Numbered from the stretch's first letter, positions 37,058-50,627 are shown. The stretch is DNA of 64,000 bases from Haliotis rufescens (GCF_023055435.1 NW_025963802.1:3348001-3412000); one strand, 5' to 3'. Numbers and translations are program-made. Notes: generated by a model not told the origin, from the sequence alone.

Positions 37058-37237
37058 ATTCCAAACAATTACTAAACAACTATATATTCGGAAGATATAT
37101 ACGTGATCGGTAAACTGCGAACGTATTTCAACACTATAACTCTTTTGGTTATACATTTCCTGCAGAAATACACGATTATTCAGCAAGAATCGACAAATTA
37201 ACATATCACGGCTGTATGCGTGCTTGTGGATTAACAG

Positions 37238-37387
37238 TGAGTGAGTGAGTGGGTATAGTTTTACGTCGTTATTAGCAATATATCAGCAATATCACGCGGG
37301 GCACACTCTCTACTCATGTGGGGAATCGAACCCGGGCCCTCGGCGTGACGAGCGAACGCGTTAACCACTAGGCTACCTCATAGCCCC
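37238..37387 (-). mobile_element. SINE family A
   Basis: (gtga)n tail, gggaatcgaacccggg. TSD gattaaca. Confidence 0.8.
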
Positions 37388-38039
37388 TATTGATTAACAA
37401 GTATCCGGATTAACGAATAATGATGTAGTTTTCCTCCGGAATGCGGTGTGTCTGTATTAACTATGTTCCACAGTAAAATATCTTCAATGATGAAGGCACA
37501 TGCAGGTGAGGCTATTGGAATGGCAATCACCTATACAGGGGAGGCTACTAGAATGGCCTTGTCCTATACAGGGGAGGCTACCGGAATGTCAATGTCTTGT
37601 ACAGGTTGTACATCAGCGCCGTCGGATTCTCAATAATGACGTTGGAGTCCCTGCTTCTTCATCTTGAACTACTCACGCGGAGCTGATTTACAGATGGAGA
37701 CGATACTTAGATGTTGAATATGCGAAATGCCAAATGTATCTTCCATATCTGTGTTGAATTGGCCAACCCACACACACAGCTTTGACCACAACCCTCGTGA
37801 TGACGTGGGGGGTTTGCAGGTTTGTATCGCACGAGGTCGCCATGACTGGGCCCGAGTTGGTGTTTCTCAGACGCCATTGGAAAGACTGGTTTACGAATAC
37901 TTCACCCTGTTTATCCTCTCAATTATCCATAAATACCAAGGTATGGACGCCATCATGCCTTACCGCTCCGTGTGTTGCGGCATCTGATAGACGCCCACTG
38001 CATAACGCTACACCCCATAAGCGTTTAATTCCTCACGAA

Positions 38040-38350
38040 CGCTACCTTTAATCGATAACGCTACCCCTATTTCAGCGTTAACCCATCTCCAACTACCCCA
38101 AATCGATAACGCTACCCCTATTTCAGCGTTAACCAATCATCAACTACCCCAAATCGATAACGCTACCCCTATTTCAGCGTTAACCCATCACCAACTACCC
38201 TAAATCGATAATGCTACCCCTATTTCAGCGGTAACCCATCATCAACTACCCCAACTACCCGATAAGGCTACCCATCGTTAACCCCCGACGAACGCTACTC
38301 CCACTCGATAACGCCACGCCCACAGGTACGTTACCTTTACTCGATAACCT
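38040..38350. repeat. 51-bp minisatellite (about 17-bp subunits) with degenerate flanks continuing to about 38780
   Basis: atcgataacgctacccctatttcagcgttaacccatcaccaactaccccaa. Confidence 0.85.
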
Positions 38351-40074
38351 CACACGAACCAACCACCTAGACATGCACAACTCTCTAAGGCAATAATTTT
38401 TAGCTTAAATCTTAAGTTCTAGATTATGTATATACTATGAACAAGTTGTCCATATAAGAGACTAAAGTACTGTCCACATATCTAGACTTGCCCATTGGGG
38501 GGGATAGAGTTACTAAACATCCAGGGACTTTTCTTTCCGTACATCCTTGTGGCAAAGCTAGCAACCACCACTCGGTAACGCTACAGTCATGTAACTGCTA
38601 CCCCTACTCGATAACGTTACCCGACACGAACGCTACCACGAATCGAAAACAGGACCCATCTCGAAAACGACACAGACAAACAATCCATACCTTACTCGAT
38701 AATGCTCCTTTCACTGAATATCGCTACCCCAGCACGAACTCTAACTCCTAACGAACGCTCCCCACACACGAACGCTACCCTACACAAGTGATATAAAAGT
38801 TTGCTCGAACCTCGGTAACCCGACCCTCGTTTATCCGGTCAAACTCACAACACCATGACAACGGAACGTAATAATTTCATTCAACGAATTGTTTAGTCGC
38901 GAGACGCGACACTCAGAAAATTTATAAAAAAAACTAATACAAACTGGCTGCGCATTTTTGCAATACACATCTTGTAGCTATTCACTGAGAAAATACGTAC
39001 TGAGGCCAATGCCACACCCCTAGACTGATATTCTAAAACAAATGGAAACAATGTGCCTCAAGAAAAGCAATACTGCCACGCCCACTTATCAATTGATGCA
39101 ACACTTCTACACCCATACATCAAAAGGCAAGGTGAGTTACTCCACACATTCTCCTTTAAAGGTTAACAAAATGGAATATAAAAATATGACACATGCTTAA
39201 AATTCCATCGACGGGGAGAGCACTAAACCGGTAGCTGTGTCGGTATATTTTCCTATGTAATGGTTCTCGCGTTATCCACTAGGGCTATTTGTACAATAAA
39301 CTCCACGAGGAGGAGCGACCGAAATAACGCATAGATTACATCTCAGCACATTTAGGAGACAAAAAAACATTTCATTGAGTCAAAGTAGAACGTTATCTGA
39401 GGATGTGAAAAAACACGCGCTGCTCCTGAGCCGAGCACCCACTGGCCGACCCCACGGAGCCAGCCCCTCTCCTACAGGTAATGAACCGTTAACCAGACGT
39501 TCCAATAGACCTGCCTTTAAGAAATCCGGGGGGAAATTCCCCAAATAAATGGAAATTCCTCTCGTTGGAATCGATATTATATGTTTCGATTATGGTTCGA
39601 TCCCGTGATTATTTTATCTTTAACATCAAGGCACAAACTCTACCGCAAGAATAGAGAGCTTGACATTTGTAGGACTTCGTTTGTATGACAAAATGGGCAT
39701 TAATACCCCCCGTTCTGTTCAGGGAGTATGGCTGCAGGGAAAACACCTTATTCGGCCAGACGAGAGGTGAAAAAAGGTAGAATGTTCATTTACAGCTGCG
39801 AGACACTGTGCTGTATATGTTCGGTGCCCCCAGTCGCGGTGATATTGCGGTCTGTTTATTTTGGGAAGCGACAATTGCTATAGCAGCTTGAATGTTAAAA
39901 AGGAGGAAGTGAGGTGGGAAGTAGTTGCATAAACAGCGAGAACCTGGGATTCCTGGGAAATAGTTGCATAAACAGCGAGAACACGCACTCTGGATCAGTC
40001 CAGACTGCCGTAGATTGCCACTGTTGTCTACACAATTGAGCAAACGAGCAAGGTTACCAAACTATGTCTACACT

Positions 40075-42240
40075 ATCGCCTTTCGAGCTATAGGTTACCA
40101 CGTTATTCTACAAAATCGTTTCCCGAACTATAGGTTGCCATTGTACTCCACACAACCGCCTCTCGAACTACAAGTTACCATTGTACTCCGAACAACCGCC
40201 TCTCGAACTATAGGTTACCATTGTACTCCACACAACCGCCTCTTGAACTATAGGTTACCATTGTGCTCCACACAACCGCCTCTCGAACTATAAGTTGCCA
40301 TTCTACTCCACACAACCGCCTCTCGAACTATAGGTTACCATTGTGCTCCACACAACCGCCTCTCGAACTATAGGTTACAATTGTACTCCACACAACCGCC
40401 TCTTGAACTATAGGTTACCATTGTGCTCCACACAACCGCCTCTCGAACTATAAGTTACCACTGTACTCCACACAACCGCCTCTCGAACTATAGGTTACCA
40501 TTGTATTCCACACAACCGCCTCTCGAACTATAGGTTACCATTGTACTCCACACAACCGCCACTCGAATTATAGGTTACCATTGTACTCCACACAACCGCC
40601 TCTCGAACTATAGGTTACCATTGTACTCCACACAACCGCCTCTCGAAGGATACGTTACCAATGTACTCCACAGAACCGCCTTTCGAACTATAAGTTACCA
40701 TTGTACTCCAAACAACCGTCTCTCGAACTATAGGTTACCATTGTATTCCACACAACCGCCTCTCGAATTATAGGTTACCATTGTACTCCACACAACTACC
40801 CCCGAACTATAGGTTATAATTGTACTCCACACAACCGCCTCTCGATCTATACGTTACGATTGTACTCCACACAACTACCCCCGAACTATAGGTTATTATT
40901 GTACTCCACACAACCGCCTCTCGAACTATAAGTTACCATTGTATTCCACACAACCGCCTCTCGAACTATAGGTTACCATTGTACTCCACACAACTACCCC
41001 CGAACTATAGGTTATTATTGTACTCCACACAACCGCCTCTCGATCTATACGTTACCACTGTACTCCACACAACTACCCCCGAACTATAGGTTATTATTGT
41101 ACTCCACACAACCGCCTCTCGAACTATAGGTTACCATTGTACTCCACACAACTACCCCCGAACTATAGGTTATTATTGTACTCCACAGAACCGCCTCTCG
41201 AACTATGAGTTACCATTGTATTCCACACAACCGGCTCTCGAACTATAGGTTACCAATGTACTCCACACAACCGCCTCTCGAACTATGAGTTACCATTGTA
41301 TTCCACACAACCGGCTCTCAAACTATAAGTTACCATTGTATTCCACACAACCGACCCCGAACTATAGGTTATTATCGTACTCCACCCAACTTCCTCTCGA
41401 ACTATACGTTACCATTGTAGTCCACACAACCGCCTCTCGAACTATAAGTTACCAATGTACTCCACACAACCGACTCTCGAACTATAAGTTACCATTGTAC
41501 TCCACACAACCGTCTCTCGAACTATACGTTACCATTGTACTCCAAACAACCGCCTCTTGAACTATAGGTTACCATTGTGCTCCACACAACCGCCTCTCGA
41601 ACTATAGGTTGCCATTGTACTCTACACAACCGTCTCTCGAACTATACGTTACCATTGTACTCCAAACAACCGCCTCTTGAACTATAGGTTACCATTGTGC
41701 TCCACACAACCGTCTCTCGAACTATACGTTACCATTGTACTCTAAACAACCGCCTCTTGAACTATAGGTTACCATTGTATTCCACACAATCGCCTCTCGA
41801 ACTATAAGTTACCATTGTACTCCACACAACCGCCTCTCGAACTATAAGTTACCATTGTACTCCACACAACCGCCTCTCGAACTATAAGTTACCATTGTAC
41901 TCAGCACAACCGCCTCTCGAACTATAAGTTACCATTGTACTCCACACAACCGCCTCTCGAACTAAAAGTTACCATTGCACTCCAAACAACCGCCTCTCGA
42001 ACTATAGGTTACCATTGCACTCCAAACAACCGCCTCTCGAACTATAGGTTACCATTGTACTCCACACAACCACCTCTCGAACCATAAGTTACCATTGTAC
42101 TCCACACAACCGCCTCTCGAACTATAAGTTACCATTGTACTCCAAACAACCGCCTCTCGAACTATAAGTTACCATTGTACTCCACACAACCGCCTCTCGA
42201 ACTATAAGTTACAATTGTACTCCACACAAGCGCCTCTAAA
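40075..42240. repeat. 40-bp satellite array (about 54 units)
   Basis: tccacacaaccgcctctcgaactataggttaccattgtac. Confidence 0.97.
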
Positions 42241-42469
42241 CAAAAGATTTTCACTGTACTTTACACAATCGCCTCCAAAATTATAGGTTACCATCGTATT
42301 CTACACAATCGTGTTTCCAGATATTGGTTACCGTCGTACTATATAGACTATGGCCTCTACAGGTTATTATCGTACTATATAACATATTGTGCTTAAAATA
42401 AATACATTACCATAGACAGTTGTGTCTAGAGGTGTAGGTTATTATTGTATTCAATCGATTGTTAAACAA

Positions 42470-43078
42470 CAGGTTACCAATATTTACTTCACAATCGCTT
42501 CTCAAACAGTAGGTTACTATTGTACTTTACACAATCGCTTCTCAAACAGTAGGTTTCCATTGTCCTTTACACAATCGTTTCTCAAACAGTAGGTTTTCAT
42601 TGTACTTTACACAATTGGTTCTCAAACAGTAGGTTACTATTGTACTTTACACAATCGCTTCTCAAACAGTAGGTTTCCATTGTACTTCACACAATCGGTT
42701 CTCAAACAGTAGGTTACTATTGTACTTTACACAATCGCTTCTCAAACAGGAGGTTACTATTGTACTTTACACAATCGCTTCTCAAACAGGAGGTTACTAT
42801 TGTACTTTACACAATCGCTTCTCAAACGGGAGGTAACTATTGTACTTTACACAATCGGTTCTCAAACAGTAGGTTTCCATTGTACTTTACACAATCGGTT
42901 CTCAAACAGGAGATTAGAATTGTACATTACACAATCGCTTCTCAAACAGGAGGTTACTATTGTACTTTACACAATCGCTTCTCAAACAGGAGGTTACTAT
43001 TGTACTTTACACAATCGGTTCTCAAACAGTAGGTTACTATTGTACATTACACAATCTCCTCTCGAGCTCTAGATTACC
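42470..43078. repeat. Related 40-bp satellite variant (about 15 units)
   Basis: tttacacaatcgcttctcaaacagtaggttactattgtac. Confidence 0.95.
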
Positions 43079-43839
43079 GCTTTATAGACAATCGTTTGTC
43101 GGGTATTAAAGGTTACTAAAGCACAACATACAACCGGCTCTCCAGCTCAAGCGTACCATTTGTATTCTAGCATTGTACATTGTACAAGTTACAACCTTCC
43201 AATGTCCACCAACATCATCCCGACCCAATCCCCGTAGTGCAGCACTGAAGATGTGCGTGGTTACACCAGTAACCCTCAAGCTTATAAGGAACTTCAAGTT
43301 TCGCCTTCGCAACAAGGAATTCTGGATAATTTCCCCAAATCTAACGATCTATGGCAGCAGATGTAAGGAATATTTCACTCCGGGAAGATGACTCACTTCT
43401 CTACTGGGGGTAATACCTTAGATACCAGACATCCGTCAGCCAATCAAATTGCACATATTGTTAAAGAGGAACTTAGACATACATTGTTATAGCTGTTTGA
43501 CTGAGCCTCAATGTTTGTTTGGATCGAGGAAGGGCTTGTTAATATATAATAAACTTGAACAGACTATAAAATGAACGTTTAAAGAAGACAACATACGATT
43601 TTCTTGTTTCAGAACAGAATGGCTGTGCAACGAAAACAGCGATGGACAGCGCTGGTCATGTCGTGGTCTCCCGTACAAGCTCACGAAGACTTCCCTCACT
43701 AAATATTTCACAATAACCTTGGGAAGTGATTTTAATTTTGCAATAATAGAGCAATAGAGAATTGGTCTCAGATTGAAAACCAGGAAATTCGGTGTGATGA
43801 GCGGACGCTTTCACCACTCGGCCACCAATATAGCATTAC

Positions 43840-43913
43840 CCCCGTGGGGAAGCGAACCCGGGTCTACGGGATGACGAGCGAACGCTTCAACCACTAGGCT
43901 ACCCTCCTGTCCC
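43840..43913 (-). mobile_element. SINE family A head fragment
   Basis: cgaacccgggtctacgggatgacgagcgaacgcttcaaccactaggctaccc. Confidence 0.7.
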
Positions 43914-45096
43914 GCAATAGTCCAGGGAGCACGTGAAGGCTACATACACATGTGTTAGGTATCGTGGAATTTCAATGTTTTTGCTTAACAGGCTCAGTCG
44001 GTATTAGGATTACTTACAACTTTACATCTGTGATGTCAGACAGCTGGTGAACTGTCATCAACACCATCTATTCAGATGAACCTGACAGCAGTCAGATACG
44101 TACGCCACCTATGGCGATAAGTGCCATCAATTAAAAAGGGGGAGATAAGCACGAAACATTCTCAAGAATCTGCGTTCGGATTAGATTAATTTGATGCCCT
44201 CGGGGATTCAATATTACCTTCAAATTTACGACGTGAATCATAACATTTATTGAAAGTAGTATATGTTTTTAAAAAAAAGAAGACATTTTTTAAAGATGTT
44301 TATGATATAGCTTCGTGAATGCCAGCCTCTTTATCGTGGTAGCCGACTTTCGATAAAGAGTAAAAAGATGTAGACTGGCCATATATAGCAACACGTGCAT
44401 ATGTACGAACATTCGTTCTGCACTACTTCGCGGGGTATGGAATGGGAAAACTTGCAATGCGGAATGCAGAAAGTCCGGGCCGTTGAAACAACGCCAGGTT
44501 GCGAGGTATCGCCCTCGCAACTAATTACACTGCTTTACACGTAGGCAACAGGAAACGGGCGGTAGGTATGGGCGACGGAATACCCCAGTAATTGTTGACT
44601 GCGGAAAAACTCATTTACTTATGGTAAATTGTGTCAACAGAGTCGTCGTGTATATTTAACCCGTTCTAGTAACTATTACAGGTTTAACATTCTTCGCTGC
44701 AGGACCAGATCGTGTGTTGCTGGTTACAAAGGATTTTACTCGGCGTAAATCTAATGGATTGTACTCTATTCTTATAAAACAGTTTTTGCTGTTGGCTTGT
44801 ACTGAGTGAATTTTATTTAATCTGTTAATATTTTTTTTAAACAAAAAAATTCATGTTTACTTTGAACATGATCTTTATCATTGCGAGTACAGTGTCGTAA
44901 TCATACTGTCTGTGTTATTAAAGACGACTTAATGGGTTTATACGGGGCATCAAGAACACATATCACATATATTTTGCAATTATAATCATCCAAACCACGC
45001 ACCTGTTTATATTTACAACCGAGGGACAGCTGTATTCTGCCCGCATCTCACTTACCGCCCCATAGCTGACATACCACGTGTTGGAGTCAGACCCCT

Positions 45097-45300
45097 CCAC
45101 ACACATGAGCACGCGCACGTGCACAACATACACGTACGCACACACAGACATACACACATGCGCGCGCATACGTACATTCGTACACACAGCCACAGTCACA
45201 CATTCACGCGCGCACACGTATACACAACCACACGCGCACACACAGCCACGCCCACACACGCACACACAAACGCGCGCACGCACACACACAGCCACCCACC
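45097..45300. repeat. Degenerate (CA/CG)n microsatellite
   Basis: Alternating purine-pyrimidine tract. Confidence 0.85.
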
Positions 45301-45508
45301 TTCCCTAAGTCAATATTTCGTTAGTTTATGAAACACTAAATGCCACTCTATACTGACTAACACAACCTTTGGACTTCAAGGCGGATCAGAGTTGTGGTAT
45401 ATTTCTATTATATGTATAATATAGACAGTCGCAACACAAATAAGACAATCGTACACTTTCGACAAAGCTATCCCTGTGCCATGATAGTTATCCTATGTTT
45501 TTGAAAGA

Positions 45509-45702
45509 TGTGAAGGATCCGGGGTAGAATAGCTCTTCAGCAACCCATGCTTGCCGTAAAAGGTGGCTATGCTTGTCGTAAAAGGCGACTAACGGGATCG
45601 GGTGGTCAGGCTCGCTGACTTGGTTGAATGCATGTCATCGATCCCAATTGCTTGGAACGATGCTCATGATATCAACCACTGGACTCGATTATTTACGGCG
45701 TT
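45509..45702 (+). mobile_element. Short retroposon family C (double-hairpin variant), followed by an A-rich tract
   Basis: gtgaaggatccggggtagaatagctcttcagcaacccatgcttgccgtaaaagg...gtcgtaaaaggcgactaacgggatc. Confidence 0.85.
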
Positions 45703-46206
45703 ACCCCCCCAACCCCCCCAAAAAAAACAAACAAACAAAACAAAAACAAAACCAAACAAACAATGAAAAAACCAAAAAAAACCCCGAAAGATGTGAAGAG
45801 TCTGTGACACTATAACACAACTGGCATATGTAGAGGGGCGGGGCTAGACTGGTGGTACAGGCCACATATTACTACATACGACATGTGATAAACAGTATAT
45901 CACCACCAATAAGGAATTGTTCCTGATCAAATATGACAAAGTGTATATATCCCCATCCAGATAATGGTATATCGGATATCATCTCAAATACTGAACACAA
46001 CAAACGCACAAATTGTAGTCTGTGCAAACTGTTCTCTCTAGTATTGAAGTATTTTCTCAAGGTGGCGTAGTTTCAAACATCAAACGATCTTGCATCATTA
46101 ACGGCATTTTCAGATGGAATAAACAGTCAAATCGCTGTATAAAGTAGTACAGGGACCTTATACACTATTATTTACACATTATTGCACATAGTACCAGAAC
46201 CAGAAT

Positions 46207-46368
46207 GGGTGAGTGAGGTTTTACGCCGTTTTTTTTGCAATATTCCAGCAATATCACGGCGGGGGACACAAGAAATGGCCTTCACACATTGTACCCATGT
46301 CGGGAATCGAACCCGAGTCTTCGACGTGACGAACGAACGCTTTAACCACTAGGCTACCCGACCGCCCC
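46207..46368 (-). mobile_element. SINE family A, full length
   Basis: Reverse complement of the 49307 copy. TSD accagaaccagaa. Confidence 0.9.
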
Positions 46369-46628
46369 ACCAGAACCAGAACAATATAGGCATAATATAG
46401 GCACGATATACGATCAGCTTGACTGTAATGTCACAATGGTTCTTCTGTAATTTAAAGAAAGTATGGAACAACCATTGAATGAATTGTAACCCACCGATAC
46501 ATTGCACGTCACTTCATGTATGTTTGCAACGTGATAATGTTTTTTACACACTGACAAGACAATATGGAGACATAATAGGGAACTTATGTTGACATAATGT
46601 TGCACGCAGCTTTCTTCACTGATGAAAT

Positions 46629-47013
46629 ACCGCCTCCGTGGTCTAGTGGTAGAGCGTCCGCCCGGAGAGCGGAAGGTCCGGGGTTCGATCCCCTGCCGCG
46701 TCATACCAAAAGACGTTAAAATATGGTACTTGTTGTTACCCTGTCTGGCGCTCGGCATTAAGGGGCTAAAACAAGGACTGGTCGGCTCGGAGTCAGTATA
46801 CTGTGTCTGAGTCGGGTATTCATGTAAAACTGCGGCATGGTATCTCAGTGAGCTAGCACTATAAATCGGCATCAGTCCGGGCTAGTACAAGCAGCCACAC
46901 AAACACACCCACGTACATGCACGTCGCTATATAAGTGCAATAATCTTGGACGCGACGTTAAACCCAATTTCACCTCACCTCACCTCACCTCACCTCACCT
47001 CACCTCACCTCAC
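46629..47013 (+). mobile_element. SINE family B, full-length reference copy with long (cacct)n tail
   Basis: A box tggtctagtgg, B box ggttcgatccc. TSD ctgatgaaa. Confidence 0.92.
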
Positions 47014-47554
47014 CTGATGAAACAAGAACACAAATTCAGTAGTGCAAGGGAACAGAGGCAAGCTGCGACCAGACGAACCAGGGCCCTGTTACACGAAGCA
47101 ATCTTAGCAGTGGTGATCGAAACGCCCACATTTTAACATTGTCTTGCGATTGCCGTAGCGCTAAGGATCGATTGTGGAACGGGGCATTCATGTCAACGCC
47201 GTGTGACGTTATCAATGAAGCAGGTCCCTTTAACGCCATGGCAAACATACGTTGCAGGATTGACGCCATGTGTAAAAACTAAATCCACAGCCAAGATACT
47301 TTCAGTTATGTGGCCCTCCCTGTAAATCCCTGTTTAACACCCCTTTAAGTAGTATTAACAGATATAACATTTAAGCTGAAAGTATTACCTGCTGGTAAAA
47401 TCCGATCTATCTGAGAGTACGCCATCCAATAAGTATCGATACAAGAGAAACACATGGACAGTCATGTAAACAGTATAAACAGTATGATAGCAATTCCAGT
47501 CAGAAGCATCTTGTGATACGTCCTTATGAAGAGGTTATGACAAAGATGAACAGT

Positions 47555-48214
47555 TTAAATCTTGTACTCCAGGAGGGTAGGATACGACCCTGACCCTTCA
47601 TCGAAGTTGGCGTTCAGGGTGACCTTGGCACCAGAATTTCTCAGCTTGTGAAGGTCATATGTTCCTGTAAAGCAACAGCCGGCTTTATCCAAATGCTTCC
47701 AATCTGATCCATTAATTACGATGGCGGCGGCCTTGGCATTGGGGATGTTGACCTTGAACTTGACCGACGTCAGTGAGCAATTGGAGTTGAGGACCGTTGG
47801 TTCTACGAGAGAGCAGCCATCTTTCCATTGCGCATACTGCTTGGGGAAGGCGTGGACGGCGTGGCACGCGCCTTCGACTTTGATCTTGTAGTTGAAGACG
47901 TTGGGCAAAGAGGTCTCCTTGGTGTCTCCGGGGAGAGCAAACAGTTGGAATTTGTAGCTTCCCGACTCGGGAAAATTGATGCAAAAGTGCATACAATCGT
48001 CGTACCGTTGGCTGAAGACGTATGAGGACAGGTCGTCCTCCTCGTCTTTGACGTTGACCATCTTTTGAGTAAACTTCACAGGCTTGGTTGATTTGAACCT
48101 GATTTCACATACATTTGTTTTCACTGTAAACTCATTTTCTTTATGAGACTGTACAGCCAGCCCGAGGGATGCAAAATCTCCTTGAGGGCCAAATTCTCCT
48201 TCGATCTGGGCCAT
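47555..48214 (-). CDS. KY (kyphoscoliosis peptidase)/hillarin/LTD-1-type Ig-like domain protein, 219 aa from the ATG; either a single coding exon or the terminal exon of a larger gene
   Basis: Non-repetitive ORF with GC3-rich codons. Motifs FGP..LGL...SH, INFPESGSYKFQLFALP, LPNVFNY, FPKQYAQWKDGC.L.EP, VKFKV.IP.A and Y.TLLEY resemble KY/hillarin C-terminal domains (recognised from memory). ATG in strong Kozak context gtcgccATGG, with an in-frame stop about 70 nt upstream. Confidence 0.85.
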   Translation of the reverse strand: MAQIEGEFGPQGDFASLGLAVQSHKENEFTVKTNVCEIRFKSTKPVKFTQKMVNVKDEEDDLSSYVFSQRYDDCMHFCINFPESGSYKFQLFALPGDTKETSLPNVFNYKIKVEGACHAVHAFPKQYAQWKDGCSLVEPTVLNSNCSLTSVKFKVNIPNAKAAAIVINGSDWKHLDKAGCCFTGTYDLHKLRNSGAKVTLNANFDEGSGSYPTLLEYKI

Positions 48215-48904
48215 GGCGACAGGGACAACACGGACAACACAAGCTGACAAACGACGTTCGGGTGGACGTACTGGCTCCTCTCACCGTAATGATAATCTGT
48301 CGTCTGCAACTCAGTAAATACCTGTCGGAATGTACCGATGTTTGCCGAATGGGCAGTTAGCCAATGAAATCGTTTTACCGACAGGAGGGTTTGTCAGTTA
48401 CAAATTCCTTCCAGCAAGTCATTATCTTCTCTCGCTGTGGATTTCGACTTCCCCGAGCAAAGCTACACGTCTAATTTTAGTCTGTCTTACCTTGCATCCA
48501 GAACCCTCTAACACTTCCCACTTTCATTCTGCAAAGCGAATCAAATTTCTTCAAGCAACCCCGCCGTTTTATCTCTACACTAAAGAACATTGATCAGCGA
48601 TACAGTTCTTCCCCTATCGCGCCCACCGTATCAAACGCCCATGAGCTGATAGACCGTGGTCCTACATTGACCACTACTCTATACTGTGTAGAGAGACATT
48701 GATCGCGTTACTGTATGCTGTATACAGATCCAGATTCAGATTGACAATTAATATGCACTGTATGCAAACGTGGTCCTACATGTACCACTACTCTATTCTG
48801 TTTGGAGAGACATTGATCTCGTTACAGTATACACGCTGTATACAGAAGCAGATTTACTATATACTGCATACAGTGACCATGATCTCTTTACTATATGCTG
48901 TCGT

Positions 48905-49077
48905 GATCGGGTGGTCAGGCTCGCTGACTTGGTTGATGCATGTCACCGATCCCAATTGCGTAGATCGATGCTCATGTTGTCAATCACTGGTTTGTCTTGT
49001 CCAGACTCGATTATTTACAGATCGCCGTCATATAGCTGGAATATTGCGGAGTGCGGCGTTAAACAACAAACAAACAA
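48905..49077 (+). mobile_element. Short retroposon family C, 5'-truncated
   Basis: gatcgggtggtcaggctcgctgac...gcggcgttaaacaacaaac. TSD tactatatgctgt. Confidence 0.9.
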
Positions 49078-49306
49078 TACTATATGCTGTATACATTGAC
49101 CGTGATCGCTTTATTATATACTGTAAACTGCATCTCAGATAGAACAAATATTGTGATTATACAGAATACGAGAAAATGCATTTATAGGAAGCAAATTCCA
49201 AGTTGAGAGTTACAAACTGTGCGGGAAATGTGACGTAAGTTGAGTATGTGAGATCGACATACATCACAATTCCTTCTCTTTTCCTCGTCGCATTCTACCC
49301 CCTTTA

Positions 49307-49474
49307 GGGGCGGTCGGGTAGCCTAGTGGTTAAAGCGTTCGCTCGTCACGCCGAAGACCCGGGTTCGATTCCAGACATGGGTACAATGTGTGAAGCCCAT
49401 TTCTGGTGTCCCCAGCCGTGATATTGCTGGAATATTGCTAAAAGCGGCGTAAAACCATACTCACTCACTCACTC
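49307..49474 (+). mobile_element. SINE family A, full-length reference copy
   Basis: ggggcggtcgggtagcctagtggttaaagcgttcgctcgtcacgccgaagacccgggttcgattcc. TSD approximately tctaccccc. Confidence 0.92.
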
Positions 49475-49667
49475 TACCCCCATTGTCTCCAAAGCTCCTT
49501 CCCTGTGAATAGATCCTCCAGTCCCCCAGCATGTCAGTAATGTAATACAGGTAATAATGTCGTGTTGCAAATGCCACACATCCTGGTTCAACCCACCCTA
49601 AGTCTATTTACACAATAGCTTACAATATTGCGACATCATCGTCGGTTATCGAGTTTCAAAGATACGA

Positions 49668-49948
49668 GGAGGCACGGGTGGCCCAGTCGTCTAATGCGCC
49701 GCGATTCGCTGTGCAGAGTTGCGTCCCTTGGGCACGCCAGAAACCTATGATTGTGGGCTCGAATCCCGGTTCGCCCCGATTATGTTTCTAGGTTAGTCAG
49801 CACCATACCCGTGCTCGTGGGTTTCACCGAAGTGGTAAACGTTTGAGACCTGCATCACTTGGGGCTTTCCTTCCACATTAAGCTGACACGCCGTGATATA
49901 ACTGGAATTCTGTTAAAAGCGGCGTTAAACCCAACTCACTCACTCACT
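49668..49948 (+). mobile_element. SINE family D, full length
   Basis: Matches the 36782 copy. TSD tcaaagatacga. Confidence 0.9.
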
Positions 49949-50322
49949 CAAAGATACGAATTAAAAAGGGCTTCAATTGGGAACGTATGTGATATATTTA
50001 TCAGCATTGTCAAGTTTTATTCTCACTGCCCAGATGAATGTCGCGAGAATATAATAATGGGTTTACCACGTGAACGGCAACACATCCGTGTAGTAATGTC
50101 GGGCATGTCATGAACATGACACTGTGTCGTTTATCGAACTCTGACTAAATCCACATTGTTTCCCGATTGCTGGACACGATGCCAATAACTACAGGTTTGT
50201 ATGAGGCTTATTCTTCAATCGGTCATTGAGGAAAGCATATATACACCACAGCATACAGATCTAGATAACACAACAGTACATCCTGGGTAGGAGCGTAACA
50301 TCAAAAGGCAGGGTTACCTCAT

Positions 50323-50583
50323 GAAGACCCGGGATAGAATAGGTCTTCAGCAACCAATGCTTGCCGTAAAAGGCGACTATCCTTGTCGTAAAAGGCGACT
50401 AACGGGATCGGGTGGTCAGGCTCGCTGACTTGGTTGATGCATGTCATTGGTCCCAATTGCGTGGAACGATGCGCATGATGTCAATCACTGGATTGTCTGG
50501 TCCAGACTCGATTATTTACAGACCGCCGTCATATAGCTGGAATATTGCTGAGTGCGGCGTTAGACAACAAACCAACCAACCAA
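50323..50583 (+). mobile_element. Short retroposon family C (double-hairpin variant)
   Basis: gaagacccgggatagaataggtcttcagcaacc...ttagacaacaaaccaacc. TSD acctcat. Confidence 0.9.
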
Positions 50584-50627
50584 CCTCATTTTATCATATT
50601 TATCAAATACCAGTTTATGATTTTGAA

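Noticed and set aside
37430-38000. Coding-looking stretch with short ORFs
   Set aside because: Stops in every frame examined and no recognisable motif; may be a decayed element
43170-43370. Possible short exon ending at gtaagg
   Set aside because: Frame and acceptor ambiguous, no homology recognised
46414-46872. Recurrent similar ORFs (e.g. 5748, 28288, 36189, 50615)
   Set aside because: Translations of SINE B copies, not a gene family
46617-47022. CTGATGA matches as hammerhead cores (46619, 47014; also 54804)
   Set aside because: The first two are the TSD of a SINE; none has a stem II followed by GAAA in the correct arrangement
49307-49385. SINE A/B/D heads as tRNA genes
   Set aside because: No proper cloverleaf or oligo-T terminator; they continue into SINE bodies flanked by TSDs
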